Positions 8,771 through 17,420 of a stretch of DNA of 64,000 nt are shown here, in pieces. The stretch covers positions 16,418 to 80,417 of the forward strand of contig JAHEEN010000001.1 in the NCBI GenBank assembly GCA_024640685.1, in the 5' to 3' direction. Position 1 is the stretch's first letter; the number at the start of each line of letters is the position of its first letter. The stretch comes from Rhodospirillaceae bacterium. GTDB taxonomy: Bacteria; Pseudomonadota; Gammaproteobacteria; Steroidobacterales; Rariloculaceae. The notes beneath the pieces were generated by a model that saw only the letters and a list, made by a program, of their open reading frames with translations, had not been told where the DNA came from and did not search any database. The position numbers and the translations under genes are program-made.

Positions 8771-10480
8771 ATGACGCACATGGACACCGATCGCGAAAAA
8801 GGGCCGGACTTTATTCGGCAAATCGTTGCCGCGGATGTTGCGGCGGGAAAGAACGACGGCCGTGTGCAGACACGATTTCCACCGGAGCCGAACGGTTACT
8901 TGCACATTGGGCATGCGAAGGCGATCTGTATTTCGTTCGAGATCGCAAGCGAGTTCGATGGGCGGTGTTTCTTGCGCTTCGACGATACGAATCCGGAGAA
9001 AGAAGATGTCGAGTTCGTCGAAGCAATCAAGACGGACGTGCGCTGGCTCGGATTCGAGTGGGCCGAGCTTCGCCATGCATCGGATTATTTTCCTAAACTT
9101 TACGAGCTTGCCGTCGAGCTGATCAGGCAAGGCAAGGCCTATGTCGATAGCTTGAGCGCCGAGGAGATTCGTGACTTTCGTGGCACGTTGACCGAGCCGG
9201 GACGCGACAGCCCCGATCGCAATCGATCGATCGACGAGAATCTCGGTCTGTTCGAGCGCATGCGAGCCGGGGAGTTCGACGAAGGCCAGTACGTGCTGCG
9301 AGCGAAGATCGACATGGCAGCGCCGAACATTAACCTGCGCGATCCTACGCTCTATCGAGTACGCAAGGTCGAGCATCAGCGTACCGGCGGAGAGTGGTGC
9401 ATTTATCCGATGTACGACTTCGCGCACACGTTGTCGGACGCGCTCGAGGGGACCACACACTCGCTATGCAGCCTCGAGTTCGAGGACCATCGACCGTTGT
9501 ACGACTGGCTGATCCGGCAATTGCCGGTGCCGTACGAGCCGCAGCAGATCGAGTTCTCACGCCTGAACTTGATGTACACCGTCATGAGCAAGCGCAAGCT
9601 CAAGCGGCTCGTCGACGAGGGGCGCGTCAGCGGCTGGGACGACCCGCGAATGCCGACGTTGTCCGGCATGCGACGACGCGGTTATACGCCCGAGGCCGTT
9701 CGCGACTTCATCAGTCGTGTCGGCATCAGCAAGAACTATCAAGTCGTCGAGCTCGGCGCGCTCGAGAGCAGCGTTCGCGAGGACCTCAACGAGAATGCAG
9801 CCCGGCGTTTCGCAGTGCTGCGCCCGCTGAAGATCGTCATCGAAAGTTATTCGGAGGATGACGAGGAGCTCATGGAGGCGGCGAACCATCCGAATCGGCC
9901 CGAGCTCGGCTCGCGTACCGTGCCGTTTTGCCGTGAGCTCTACATCGAGCACGATGACTTTCGTGAGGACGCACCGAAGAAATTTTTTCGCCTCGTGCCC
10001 GGTGGCGAGGTGCGTCTGCGATACGGCTACATCATCAAGTGCGAACGCGTGATCAAGGATGCGGACGGCCGCGTCGTCGAGTTGCGATGTAGTCACGATC
10101 CGGCAACGCGCAGCGGCTCCGATCAGAGTGGCCGGAAAGTCAAAGGCACCATTCACTGGGTGTCGGCGCGGCACGCCGTGCCTGCCGAGGTGCGTTTGTA
10201 TGATCGTCTGTTCAAGGTGCCGGATCCCGACCGTGCCGAAGGTGACATCGAGGACTTGCTGAATCCCGAGTCACTGGAAATACTGTCGGACGCAATGCTC
10301 GAGCCGAGCCTCGCTGACGCTGACGAAGGCGAGCGCTTTCAGTTCGAGCGTCAGGGCTACTTTGTCGTCGAGACACCGTTGTCGGCCGGTCACGGCGTGC
10401 TGACGCGGACGGTCACGCTGCGCGATTCCTGGGCGAAGGTCGAGCGGCAAGCGCTCGCGACAGCGGGCGCATTAGCTTGA
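8771..10480 (+). CDS. glnS: glutamine--tRNA ligase
   Basis: This is the 3' 569 codons of track ORF 8354..10480. [19 protein letters not shown]...[18 protein letters not shown] contains the HIGH motif, and [11 protein letters not shown] contains the KMSKS-type motif. Confidence 0.95.
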   Translation: MTHMDTDREKGPDFIRQIVAADVAAGKNDGRVQTRFPPEPNGYLHIGHAKAICISFEIASEFDGRCFLRFDDTNPEKEDVEFVEAIKTDVRWLGFEWAELRHASDYFPKLYELAVELIRQGKAYVDSLSAEEIRDFRGTLTEPGRDSPDRNRSIDENLGLFERMRAGEFDEGQYVLRAKIDMAAPNINLRDPTLYRVRKVEHQRTGGEWCIYPMYDFAHTLSDALEGTTHSLCSLEFEDHRPLYDWLIRQLPVPYEPQQIEFSRLNLMYTVMSKRKLKRLVDEGRVSGWDDPRMPTLSGMRRRGYTPEAVRDFISRVGISKNYQVVELGALESSVREDLNENAARRFAVLRPLKIVIESYSEDDEELMEAANHPNRPELGSRTVPFCRELYIEHDDFREDAPKKFFRLVPGGEVRLRYGYIIKCERVIKDADGRVVELRCSHDPATRSGSDQSGRKVKGTIHWVSARHAVPAEVRLYDRLFKVPDPDRAEGDIEDLLNPESLEILSDAMLEPSLADADEGERFQFERQGYFVVETPLSAGHGVLTRTVTLRDSWAKVERQALATAGALA

Positions 10481-10560
10481 TCGATTGATCGCTTTCGACG
10501 CGGCTCTGCTACACTGCGCCGCGCATCGCGCGACCGATACTCGAAGATAAGAACGAACGC

Positions 10561-11685
10561 ATGGCCTCTGACCGCTACCGGCGCCAAGTCGAGAAGATGC
10601 TCGGTGCGGGTGACATCCGCCTGAACGGCGACCGGCCGTGGGATGTCCAGGTCTTGAACGAAGACATCTTCGCCCGCGTCGTCGCCGAGGGCATGCTCGG
10701 TGTCGGTGAAGGCTACATGGATGGCTGGTGGACGTGCGAGCAGCTCGACGAGATGATTTGCCGTGCGTTTCGCGCCGACTTTCATCGCGATATCCGACCG
10801 ATCAAGTATCTGTTGTTCTCGTTGCAGGCGCGCTTGATGAATCTTCAACGTCAGGCGCGCGCGTATCAGGTCGGCAAGGAGCATTACGACCTCGGGCGCG
10901 ACCTCTACACCGCGATGCTCGACCCGCGGATGATTTACAGCTGCGCGTATTGGCGACGCGCGACCTCGCTTGCCGAGGCCCAGGAGCACAAGCTCGACTT
11001 GATTGCTCGCAAGCTCGGACTCGAGCCCGGGATGCGCGTGCTCGATATCGGTTGCGGTTGGGGCGGCGCGCTCAACTATTTCGCCGAGCGCTACGGCATC
11101 TCCGGTGTCGGCGTGACGATCTCCGAGGATCAGCGCGACGCCGCCATCGAGCTCAATGCCGGCTTGCCCGTCGAGATTCGTTTACAGGACTATCGTGTGC
11201 TCGACGAGCAATTCGACCGCATCTACTCGATCGGCATGTTCGAGCACGTCGGCTACAAGAACTATTCGACCTACATGGAAGTCGTTCGGCGCTGCCTTGC
11301 GCCCGACGGGCTGTTTCTGCTGCATACGATCGGCGGGCGATACTCGCAGGCGCGAACCGATCCGTGGATCACGAAGTACATCTTCCCGAACGGCATGCTG
11401 CCGTCGGCTAGGCAGATCGCCCGCTCCGCCGAAGGCCAGCTCAATATGGAAGACTGGCACAACTTTCCGCAGGATTACGACCGCACGCTGATGAGTTGGT
11501 ATGCGAACTTCGAGCGCGCGTGGCCCGAGCTAGCACCGCGTTACGGCGAGCGGTTCTTTCGGATGTGGCGCTATTACCTGCTCGCGAGCGCCGGCGGCTT
11601 TCGTGCCGGCGGCAACCAGCTCTGGCAAGTAGTCTACTCGCGCGACAGCTTCCCGGGCGGGTATCTGGCCGACGACATTCGCTGA
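10561..11685 (+). CDS. cfa: cyclopropane-fatty-acyl-phospholipid synthase
   Basis: 374 aa with the SAM-methyltransferase motif VLDIGCGWGG. Cfa-family blocks are present (HYDLGRDLYTAMLDPRMIYSCAYW, IFPNGMLPS, WRYYL). Confidence 0.9.
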   Translation: MASDRYRRQVEKMLGAGDIRLNGDRPWDVQVLNEDIFARVVAEGMLGVGEGYMDGWWTCEQLDEMICRAFRADFHRDIRPIKYLLFSLQARLMNLQRQARAYQVGKEHYDLGRDLYTAMLDPRMIYSCAYWRRATSLAEAQEHKLDLIARKLGLEPGMRVLDIGCGWGGALNYFAERYGISGVGVTISEDQRDAAIELNAGLPVEIRLQDYRVLDEQFDRIYSIGMFEHVGYKNYSTYMEVVRRCLAPDGLFLLHTIGGRYSQARTDPWITKYIFPNGMLPSARQIARSAEGQLNMEDWHNFPQDYDRTLMSWYANFERAWPELAPRYGERFFRMWRYYLLASAGGFRAGGNQLWQVVYSRDSFPGGYLADDIR

Positions 11686-11734
11686 CGGCCAATTCCCGGG
11701 AGGGGCGTTGGAACGATTGTGCCCTACGGAACGC

Positions 11735-11842
11735 GTCTAGGCCGACAGGGCCGGTCCAGGAACGCCGTAAATCCTTCCCTGGAGGCTCCGGCGCGCGCGT
11801 CCGTGCGCGCGACAGTCCTGGATCGGCCCTATAAGCCTAGAC
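11735..11842 (+). promoter_or_regulatory. large imperfect inverted repeat / structured element in the moaA leader (candidate cis-regulatory RNA)
   Basis: The arm gtctaggc-cgaca-gggccg-g-tccagga (11735-11761) pairs with tcctgga-t-cggccc-tataa-gcctagac (11816-11842), giving 21 bp in three blocks. It encloses a 7-bp GC hairpin (11792-11811). A competing pairing exists between 11784-11793 and 11842-11852. Confidence 0.3.
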
Positions 11843-11996
11843 GCCGGGAGCCGTGCCTCGTCAGTCGCGGTCGCTAGCACTGCCACCGTCCCTGTAGTTT
11901 GGTCGGAATCATTCGGCATTGCGGTAGACTAAGGCTCATATGACGAGGTGACTCGGCGGGTCCGGGTCGTCTAGACGGCGGCAAGACCGAGCAGCG

Positions 11997-13043
11997 ATGA
12001 GCGAAAAAATCAAGCAATGGCAGGCGACAGGCGAGGTACGCGATACCTTGGGCCGCGTGCTGCGCGATCTCAGGATCTCGGTCATCGACCGCTGCAACTA
12101 CCGCTGCCCGTACTGCATGCCCGCGGACATTTACGGCGAAAATTACGAGTGGCTGCCGCGTAAGCATTGGCTGACGCCCGGCGAGATCAAACGCGTTGCA
12201 GGGCTGTTCACGCAGCTCGGCGTGACGAAGCTGCGCATCACCGGCGGCGAGCCGCTGCTGCGCAAGGACATCGTCGAGATCGTCGACGGGTTGAGCTCGA
12301 TTCCCGGAATCGAGGATATCGCGCTGACGACGAACGGCACGCTGCTCGAGGAGCGCGCCGCGCAGCTCAAAGCCGCCGGCCTCGAGCGCATCACGATCAG
12401 CCTCGACAGCATGGATGAGAGCGTGTTCAGCGCGATGAGCGGGCAGCGCGGGGAGCTCGCGAGTGTGCTGACTGGCATCGACGCTGCACGCGATGCCGGG
12501 CTCGCGCCGATCAAGGTCAACGTCGTCGTCCAGAAAGGCAAGAACGATCACACGGTATTGGACTTGCTCGAGCACTTCCGCGGTACTGGCGCGATCGTGC
12601 GGTTCATCGAGTACATGGATGTCGGCACGCTCAACGGTTGGCGTCTCGAGGAGGTCGTGACGTCCAAGGAGCTCGTCGAGCTGATCTCTGCGCGCTGGCC
12701 AGTCGAGCCGTTGCAGCGCAACTACCGCGGAGAAGTCGCGCAGCGTTACGCGTTCAAGGATGGCCAGGGTGAGATCGGCTTCATCTCGTCGGTCAGCGAG
12801 CCGTTCTGCGGCGATTGCCATCGCGGACGGCTATCAGCCGACGGCACGATTTACACGTGCTTGTTCGCGACGAACGGCACGCCGCTGCGCGACGTGTTGC
12901 GCAGCGGCGCGAGCGATGCGGACATCGTCGGGCTGTTGCAGAACGTTTGGCGTCATCGCGGCGACCGCTACAGCGAGTTGCGCGGCAAAGCGACGAAACG
13001 CGCACGCAGCTCGAAGGTCGAGATGTACCGGATGGGCGGCTGA
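11997..13043 (+). CDS. moaA: GTP 3',8-cyclase MoaA (radical SAM)
   Basis: 348 aa with CNYRCPYC (the CxxxCxxC radical-SAM motif), a C-terminal [13 protein letters not shown] cluster motif and a terminal GG. Confidence 0.95.
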   Translation: MSEKIKQWQATGEVRDTLGRVLRDLRISVIDRCNYRCPYCMPADIYGENYEWLPRKHWLTPGEIKRVAGLFTQLGVTKLRITGGEPLLRKDIVEIVDGLSSIPGIEDIALTTNGTLLEERAAQLKAAGLERITISLDSMDESVFSAMSGQRGELASVLTGIDAARDAGLAPIKVNVVVQKGKNDHTVLDLLEHFRGTGAIVRFIEYMDVGTLNGWRLEEVVTSKELVELISARWPVEPLQRNYRGEVAQRYAFKDGQGEIGFISSVSEPFCGDCHRGRLSADGTIYTCLFATNGTPLRDVLRSGASDADIVGLLQNVWRHRGDRYSELRGKATKRARSSKVEMYRMGG

Positions 13044-13516
13044 TGCTGACGCATGTGGACTCGGCTAACCGGCCTACGATGGTCGACGTCGGCGACAAGG
13101 CCGTCACCACGCGAACGGCGACGGCACGAACGTCGGTCGTGTTTCCGGCCGAAGTATTGACCGATCAGATTGCCGGCACGGAGCTCACGACCAAAAAGGG
13201 CCCCGTGTTCGAGACGGCAATCATCGCCGGTGTCATGGCAGCGAAGCGCACGCACGACTTGATCCCGTTTTGCCACCCGATTCCGCTAGAGAACTGCAAG
13301 ATCACTGTGGATTGGGGCGATGAGAACGAGGTTGTCATCGAGTGCACGGTCCGCGCGACGCACAAGACCGGCGTCGAGATGGAGGCGCTGACCGGTGCGA
13401 CGGTCGCGGCGTTGACGGTCTACGACATGTGTAAAGCCCTATCGCATGGAATTCGCATTGCCGAGACGAAGCTCGTCGCGAAGGCTGGCGGTAAGCGAGA
13501 TTTCTCCGCCGAATGA
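13043..13516 (+). CDS. moaC: cyclic pyranopterin monophosphate synthase MoaC
   Basis: [26 protein letters not shown]...[23 protein letters not shown]. The start overlaps the moaA stop (TGATG). Confidence 0.95.
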   Translation: MLTHVDSANRPTMVDVGDKAVTTRTATARTSVVFPAEVLTDQIAGTELTTKKGPVFETAIIAGVMAAKRTHDLIPFCHPIPLENCKITVDWGDENEVVIECTVRATHKTGVEMEALTGATVAALTVYDMCKALSHGIRIAETKLVAKAGGKRDFSAE

Positions 13517-13755
13517 TCGACGTCACTGCACGCTACTTCGCGGCCTTTCGCGACAAGGCTGGACGGTCGAGCGAGACCGTGAAGACGTCGGCGTCGACAG
13601 CCGGTGCGCTATTCGCCGAGATCGCAGCCGTGCATGGGTTCGCCGACACCGAGGCGACGTGCAAGGTCGCAATCAACGACGAGTTTGCAAGCTGGGATTC
13701 GCCGCTCGCAAACGGTGACACCGTGTTGTTCTTTCCTCCGGTGGCGGGCGGATGA
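13513..13755 (+). CDS. moaD: molybdopterin synthase sulfur-carrier subunit MoaD
   Basis: 80 aa ending in FFPPVAGG (C-terminal Gly-Gly). ATGA overlaps occur with moaC and moaE. Confidence 0.85.
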   Translation: MIDVTARYFAAFRDKAGRSSETVKTSASTAGALFAEIAAVHGFADTEATCKVAINDEFASWDSPLANGDTVLFFPPVAGG

Positions 13756-14216
13756 GCTTCAGAATATCCGCGACGCCGCTCGACCCGGAGCAGTTGAAGG
13801 CGCCGCTCAGCGCGGCTGCTGCCGGTGCATGCGTCTGCTTCGAGGGCTGGGTGCGCAATCACAACGAAGGTGAGTCCGTTAAGGCGCTCGAGTACGAGGC
13901 GCACGAGGTATTGGCCGCCAAGGAAGGCCAGACGATCTTGGAGGAGGCCGCTGCGCGCTTCTCTCTGCATTCAGCCGCGGCCGAGCACCGCACGGGTCTC
14001 CTCGAGATCGGCGATTGTGCGGTCTGGGTCGGCGTGACGAGCTCGCACCGCGGCGAGGCGTTCGAAGCCTGCCGCTACATCATCGACGAGCTCAAAGCAC
14101 GCTTGCCGATCTGGAAGAAAGAGCATTACGTCGATGGCCAGTCCGGCTGGATCAACTGCGTGACGGGCAGCGCGGAAGAAGCCGACGGCAAGTCGGCGTC
14201 AACGTCGATTTCCTAG
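13752..14216 (+). CDS. moaE: molybdopterin synthase catalytic subunit MoaE
   Basis: 154 aa with GACVCFEGWVRNHNEG, VWVGVTSSHRGEAFEACRYIIDELKARLPIWKKE. Confidence 0.9.
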   Translation: MSFRISATPLDPEQLKAPLSAAAAGACVCFEGWVRNHNEGESVKALEYEAHEVLAAKEGQTILEEAAARFSLHSAAAEHRTGLLEIGDCAVWVGVTSSHRGEAFEACRYIIDELKARLPIWKKEHYVDGQSGWINCVTGSAEEADGKSASTSIS

Positions 14217-14219
14217 TCT

Positions 14220-14816
14220 TCAGTTCGCAATCCGCGCAAGATCCGACGGTGTATCGACGTCGATCGCGGCCGCGGGCAATTCGACCTTCGTAACACGGTC
14301 GGCATTGCGACGGAGTATGTTTCTTGCGCCGACATCGCCCGATCCATGCCGTGTCGCTCGCCAGATCCGTCTCGTCAATATTGCCGGCACGCCAATGCGA
14401 CTGGCGTAGCTCGCGGCCGCAGCGAAATTGGGTCGGCGCGACCACATGGCGATTAATCGATCCAGATGCCTCGCAGTGATTAACGGCTGGTCGACGGTTA
14501 GCAGCAACGCAGCGCGCGCGCTCGCGGGTAGTATGGCGAGGCCGCGCTCGAGCGAGCCCGACATGCCGTCGCGCCATTGTGAGTTCGCTACGACGAGGGC
14601 ATGCGGCGCGAAGCGGCGCACGACCGCACGCGAGCGTGCTCGGCTCGCGCCGACGACGACGATGATGCGGCCCGGAGTGACTTGCTCTGCGATCGTGAGG
14701 GTGCGAGCGAGCAACGTGCGGCCACGCCATCGGATGAACTGCTTCGGCCGGCCCAGACGCGACGAGCCTCCGGCTGCGAGCACGATCGTCCAGAGCTTGG
14801 TTCTAGTCCCGCTCAT
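14220..14816 (-). CDS. molybdenum cofactor nucleotidyltransferase, MocA-like (cytidylyltransferase family)
   Basis: 198 aa with TIVLAAGGSSRLGRPKQF, W-x-x-G-M-S-x-S-L and LLTVDQP motifs. It is convergent with moaE, with only 3 nt between the stops. Confidence 0.75.
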   Translation of the reverse strand: MSGTRTKLWTIVLAAGGSSRLGRPKQFIRWRGRTLLARTLTIAEQVTPGRIIVVVGASRARSRAVVRRFAPHALVVANSQWRDGMSGSLERGLAILPASARAALLLTVDQPLITARHLDRLIAMWSRRPNFAAAASYASRIGVPAILTRRIWRATRHGSGDVGARNILRRNADRVTKVELPAAAIDVDTPSDLARIAN

Positions 14817-14861
14817 TGAACGACTATACGCGAGTCGATCATGCGCTAGATGCGCATGGCG

Positions 14862-16529
14862 TCATTTGTCTTTTGGCGGTTGCCGCCACGCGCGGCGGCG
14901 TTTCGGTGCGCTGCGGGCGAGAAAGTGCTCGACGCGCGGCGCTGCGCTGCCGCGGTGAAATGCACGCGCGACGCGATTGAACTCCGCTTCCTCGACCGTG
15001 ACGCGCTCGCGCTGGCGTAGGTGCTCCAGCCACGTCGCGTCGATGAAGTACTCGATGTATCGATCGGCCGCATGAATGTCCTGGAAGAGACCCCATGCGA
15101 CGGCGCCATTGCGCAGCCGCATGCGCCGCACGTCGCGCATCGCGGCTTCGAACTCACGCGCCTCGCCCGGGTCGATGATGTACTCGATATTGATCATCAC
15201 GGGACCTTCGTGTGCCTTAGGCTGATCGATGGCGATGGCCTCGTGGTGCACTTCCGCAAGCGTGTGGTCGGCGCGCGCGTGAATCCCGAGGCGCCAGCGC
15301 GTCGCGAATAGACCTGCGACGACCCCGACGGCGACGGCAATTTCGAGCGCCGTCGTCGTGCTCGTTGCCGAGGCGACGCGGCCCCAAGTCGCACTGCCGA
15401 TGGCCATGCTGCCCATGAACGTCGCGATGTAGAGCGCCATGCCGCGCGCCCGAACCCAGGCCGGCAGCGATAGTTGGGCGGCGACTTGTAGGCTAGAGAC
15501 GACGCTGATCCATGCGCCGCCGCCGAAGAACATGACGGCGGCGAGCTGCGGAACGGTGCGTAGACTCGCGAGTCCGAGCAGTGTCACAGCGCCGACCGCG
15601 GTGCCGGCTGCAACGATCGCATCGCTCGAAAAGCGGCCTCTTAGGCGCGGTAGCGTGAAGCCCACGAGCACAGCGCCGGCTCCCATGCAGGTCACGAGCA
15701 GCCCGTAAGCTTGCGGGCCGGCTTGCACCTCGGCGCGAACGATTAGCGGCACGAATGCGAACAATCCGCTCATCATGAAGAAGAACGCCAGCGCGCGAAC
15801 GATCACGGCCTGCAGCGCCGGTGATTGGCGCAGAAAGCCGAGTCCGACACGAAGAGCGCCGAAGAACCGTTCCGATGGCAGCGTGCTGCGCGGTTGCAGG
15901 CTGCGATAGCGCCACATGACGACGAAGATGCCGACGAAGCTCAGCGCGTTGAGCATAAATACCGGCGCGGGTCCTGCGAGCGCGATCAATCCGCCAGCGA
16001 TCGCCGGGCCGACGGCGCGCGTGAGGTTCTGCGAGATGCTGTTCAGCGTCACGGCACCGACGAGATCCTTTTGCGGCACGAGATCGGGGATCATCGATGT
16101 GAATGCAGGCATCATCATCGATGAGCCCATGCCGAGCGCTAGCGTCAGTGCGATCAACGACCACGGCGTGATCGTGCCCGTGAACGTCAACAGCGTGACG
16201 ATGCTTGCGATCAGTGCCATCCAGCCGAGTGCGGTCAGGATGAACAGCCGTCGATCGACGATGTCAGCGAGAACACCGGCCGGTAGAGTCAAGAAGAAAC
16301 CCGGCAGAACGACTGAGACTTGCACGAGCGAGACCATGAACGGGTCCGGCGCCAACGTCGTCATCAGCCAACCGGCGCCGACGTCCTGCATCCATGTGCC
16401 GACGTTAGAGACGAGATTTGCAAGCCAGATCGTGCGAAAGACGCGAACCTTCAGCGGGCTTAACGCCGAATGCGACGCTGGCGCAGAATCCGGCGCAGCT
16501 GACGAATTCGATCCGTTAGCTTCGTTCAC
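14862..16529 (-). CDS. MFS transporter with a ~120-aa C-terminal soluble extension
   Basis: About 12 predicted hydrophobic spans start at FRTIWLANLVSNVGTWMQDVG. The C-terminal domain is INIEYIIDPGEAREFEAAMRDV...WLEHLRQRERVT. The start is set at the in-frame GTG at 16529. The track ORF start at 16835 would overlap moaB, so the start is uncertain. Confidence 0.8.
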   Translation of the reverse strand: MNEANGSNSSAAPDSAPASHSALSPLKVRVFRTIWLANLVSNVGTWMQDVGAGWLMTTLAPDPFMVSLVQVSVVLPGFFLTLPAGVLADIVDRRLFILTALGWMALIASIVTLLTFTGTITPWSLIALTLALGMGSSMMMPAFTSMIPDLVPQKDLVGAVTLNSISQNLTRAVGPAIAGGLIALAGPAPVFMLNALSFVGIFVVMWRYRSLQPRSTLPSERFFGALRVGLGFLRQSPALQAVIVRALAFFFMMSGLFAFVPLIVRAEVQAGPQAYGLLVTCMGAGAVLVGFTLPRLRGRFSSDAIVAAGTAVGAVTLLGLASLRTVPQLAAVMFFGGGAWISVVSSLQVAAQLSLPAWVRARGMALYIATFMGSMAIGSATWGRVASATSTTTALEIAVAVGVVAGLFATRWRLGIHARADHTLAEVHHEAIAIDQPKAHEGPVMINIEYIIDPGEAREFEAAMRDVRRMRLRNGAVAWGLFQDIHAADRYIEYFIDATWLEHLRQRERVTVEEAEFNRVARAFHRGSAAPRVEHFLARSAPKRRRAWRQPPKDK

Positions 16530-16680
16530 GATGGGTCTGGGGTAGTTCGAGAATAACGGCGCAACGGCAGCTATGATCGCATATGCGCTGCGATGGCGAC
16601 AGGCAGCGCCGTGCTGCCGTCGCGGCGTCGTACCGGTACTGTGTTGCGCGCGTTCGGTATTCCTGACATCGTACCGGGCC

Positions 16681-17205
16681 ATGGCCGAGAGCAACGAGCG
16701 CGATCTGATTCCATTGAACGTCGCCGTGTTGACCGTTTCGGATACCAGAACCGAGGCGGACGACACGTCCGGGGCGTCGCTCGCCGAGCGGGTCGAAAGC
16801 TCAGGACATGCGCTCGCGGCGCGCACGATCGTCAAGGACGACGTCTATGCAATTCGTGCGACGGTCTCGGCGTGGATCGCTGATGCAGGCATCGACGTCG
16901 TCATAACGACGGGCGGCACGGGTATCACCGGTCGCGACGGGACGCCTGAGGCGGTGGCCGTGTTGCTCGATAAAGTCATCGAGGGATTCGGTGAGCTATT
17001 TCGCGCAATTTCGTTCGAGGATATCGCCACGTCGAGCCTGCAGTCCCGTTGCCTGGCCGGCGTTGCCAACGGCACCTACGTCTTTTGCGTGCCCGGCTCG
17101 ACCAATGCGTGCAAGACGGCGTGGGACCGTTTGATCGAAAAGCAGCTGGACTACCGAACGCGGCCGTGCAACCTCGCGGAGCTGATGCCGCGACTACGAG
17201 AGTAG
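16681..17205 (+). CDS. moaB: molybdenum cofactor biosynthesis protein MoaB (MogA/MoaB family)
   Basis: MAESNERDLIPLNVAVLTVSDTR...DVVITTGGTGITGRDGTPEA...VFCVPGSTNACKTAW. The internal ATG of track ORF 16573..17205 is used. Confidence 0.85.
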   Translation: MAESNERDLIPLNVAVLTVSDTRTEADDTSGASLAERVESSGHALAARTIVKDDVYAIRATVSAWIADAGIDVVITTGGTGITGRDGTPEAVAVLLDKVIEGFGELFRAISFEDIATSSLQSRCLAGVANGTYVFCVPGSTNACKTAWDRLIEKQLDYRTRPCNLAELMPRLRE

Positions 17206-17264
17206 ATAAATCGCGGTTCGACCCCGAATTATCCGCGTTTAGTGATAGGCTAGGCGCGTTCGAC

Positions 17265-17380
17265 AATCTGACCGAGGGGTGGTCCGCGAGGACCTGAGAG
17301 GCCGGCACGTATCGGCTAACCCTTTGAACCTGATCCGGTTAGTACCGGCGAAGGGACGGGAACGGCCGACATCCCCCATC
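17265..17380 (+). promoter_or_regulatory. TPP (THI-box) riboswitch
   Basis: The sequence reads GAGGGGUGG...ACCUGAGAGGCC...AACCCUUUGAACCUGAUCCGGUUAGUACCGGCGAAGGGAC. This matches the conserved CUGAGA and ACCUGAUC-GG-U-A-(A/G)U(A/G)CC-GCG-AGGGA cores. It lies directly upstream of a TonB receptor / PnuC operon. The boundaries are approximate. Confidence 0.85.
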
Positions 17381-17420
17381 GCTAGCAACACCGGATCTCG
17401 TCGCGAAGAGGAGATTCGCC

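Noticed and set aside
10481-10560. Sigma-70-like TTGATC ... TACACT upstream of cfa
   Set aside because: The spacer is 19 nt by my count, outside the usual 16-18 range. It is a by-eye match only and is not reported as a promoter.
11874-12821. Long antisense ORFs (examples: 11874..12821 minus, 39030..40094 minus, 46399..47310 plus, 8762..9460 minus, 49281..49862 minus)
   Set aside because: Each lies opposite a gene with strong family motifs (moaA, ETF-QO, BKACE, glnS, lipoprotein). Their translations are the Arg/Ala/Gly-rich shadow typical of high-GC DNA, so I treat them as non-coding.
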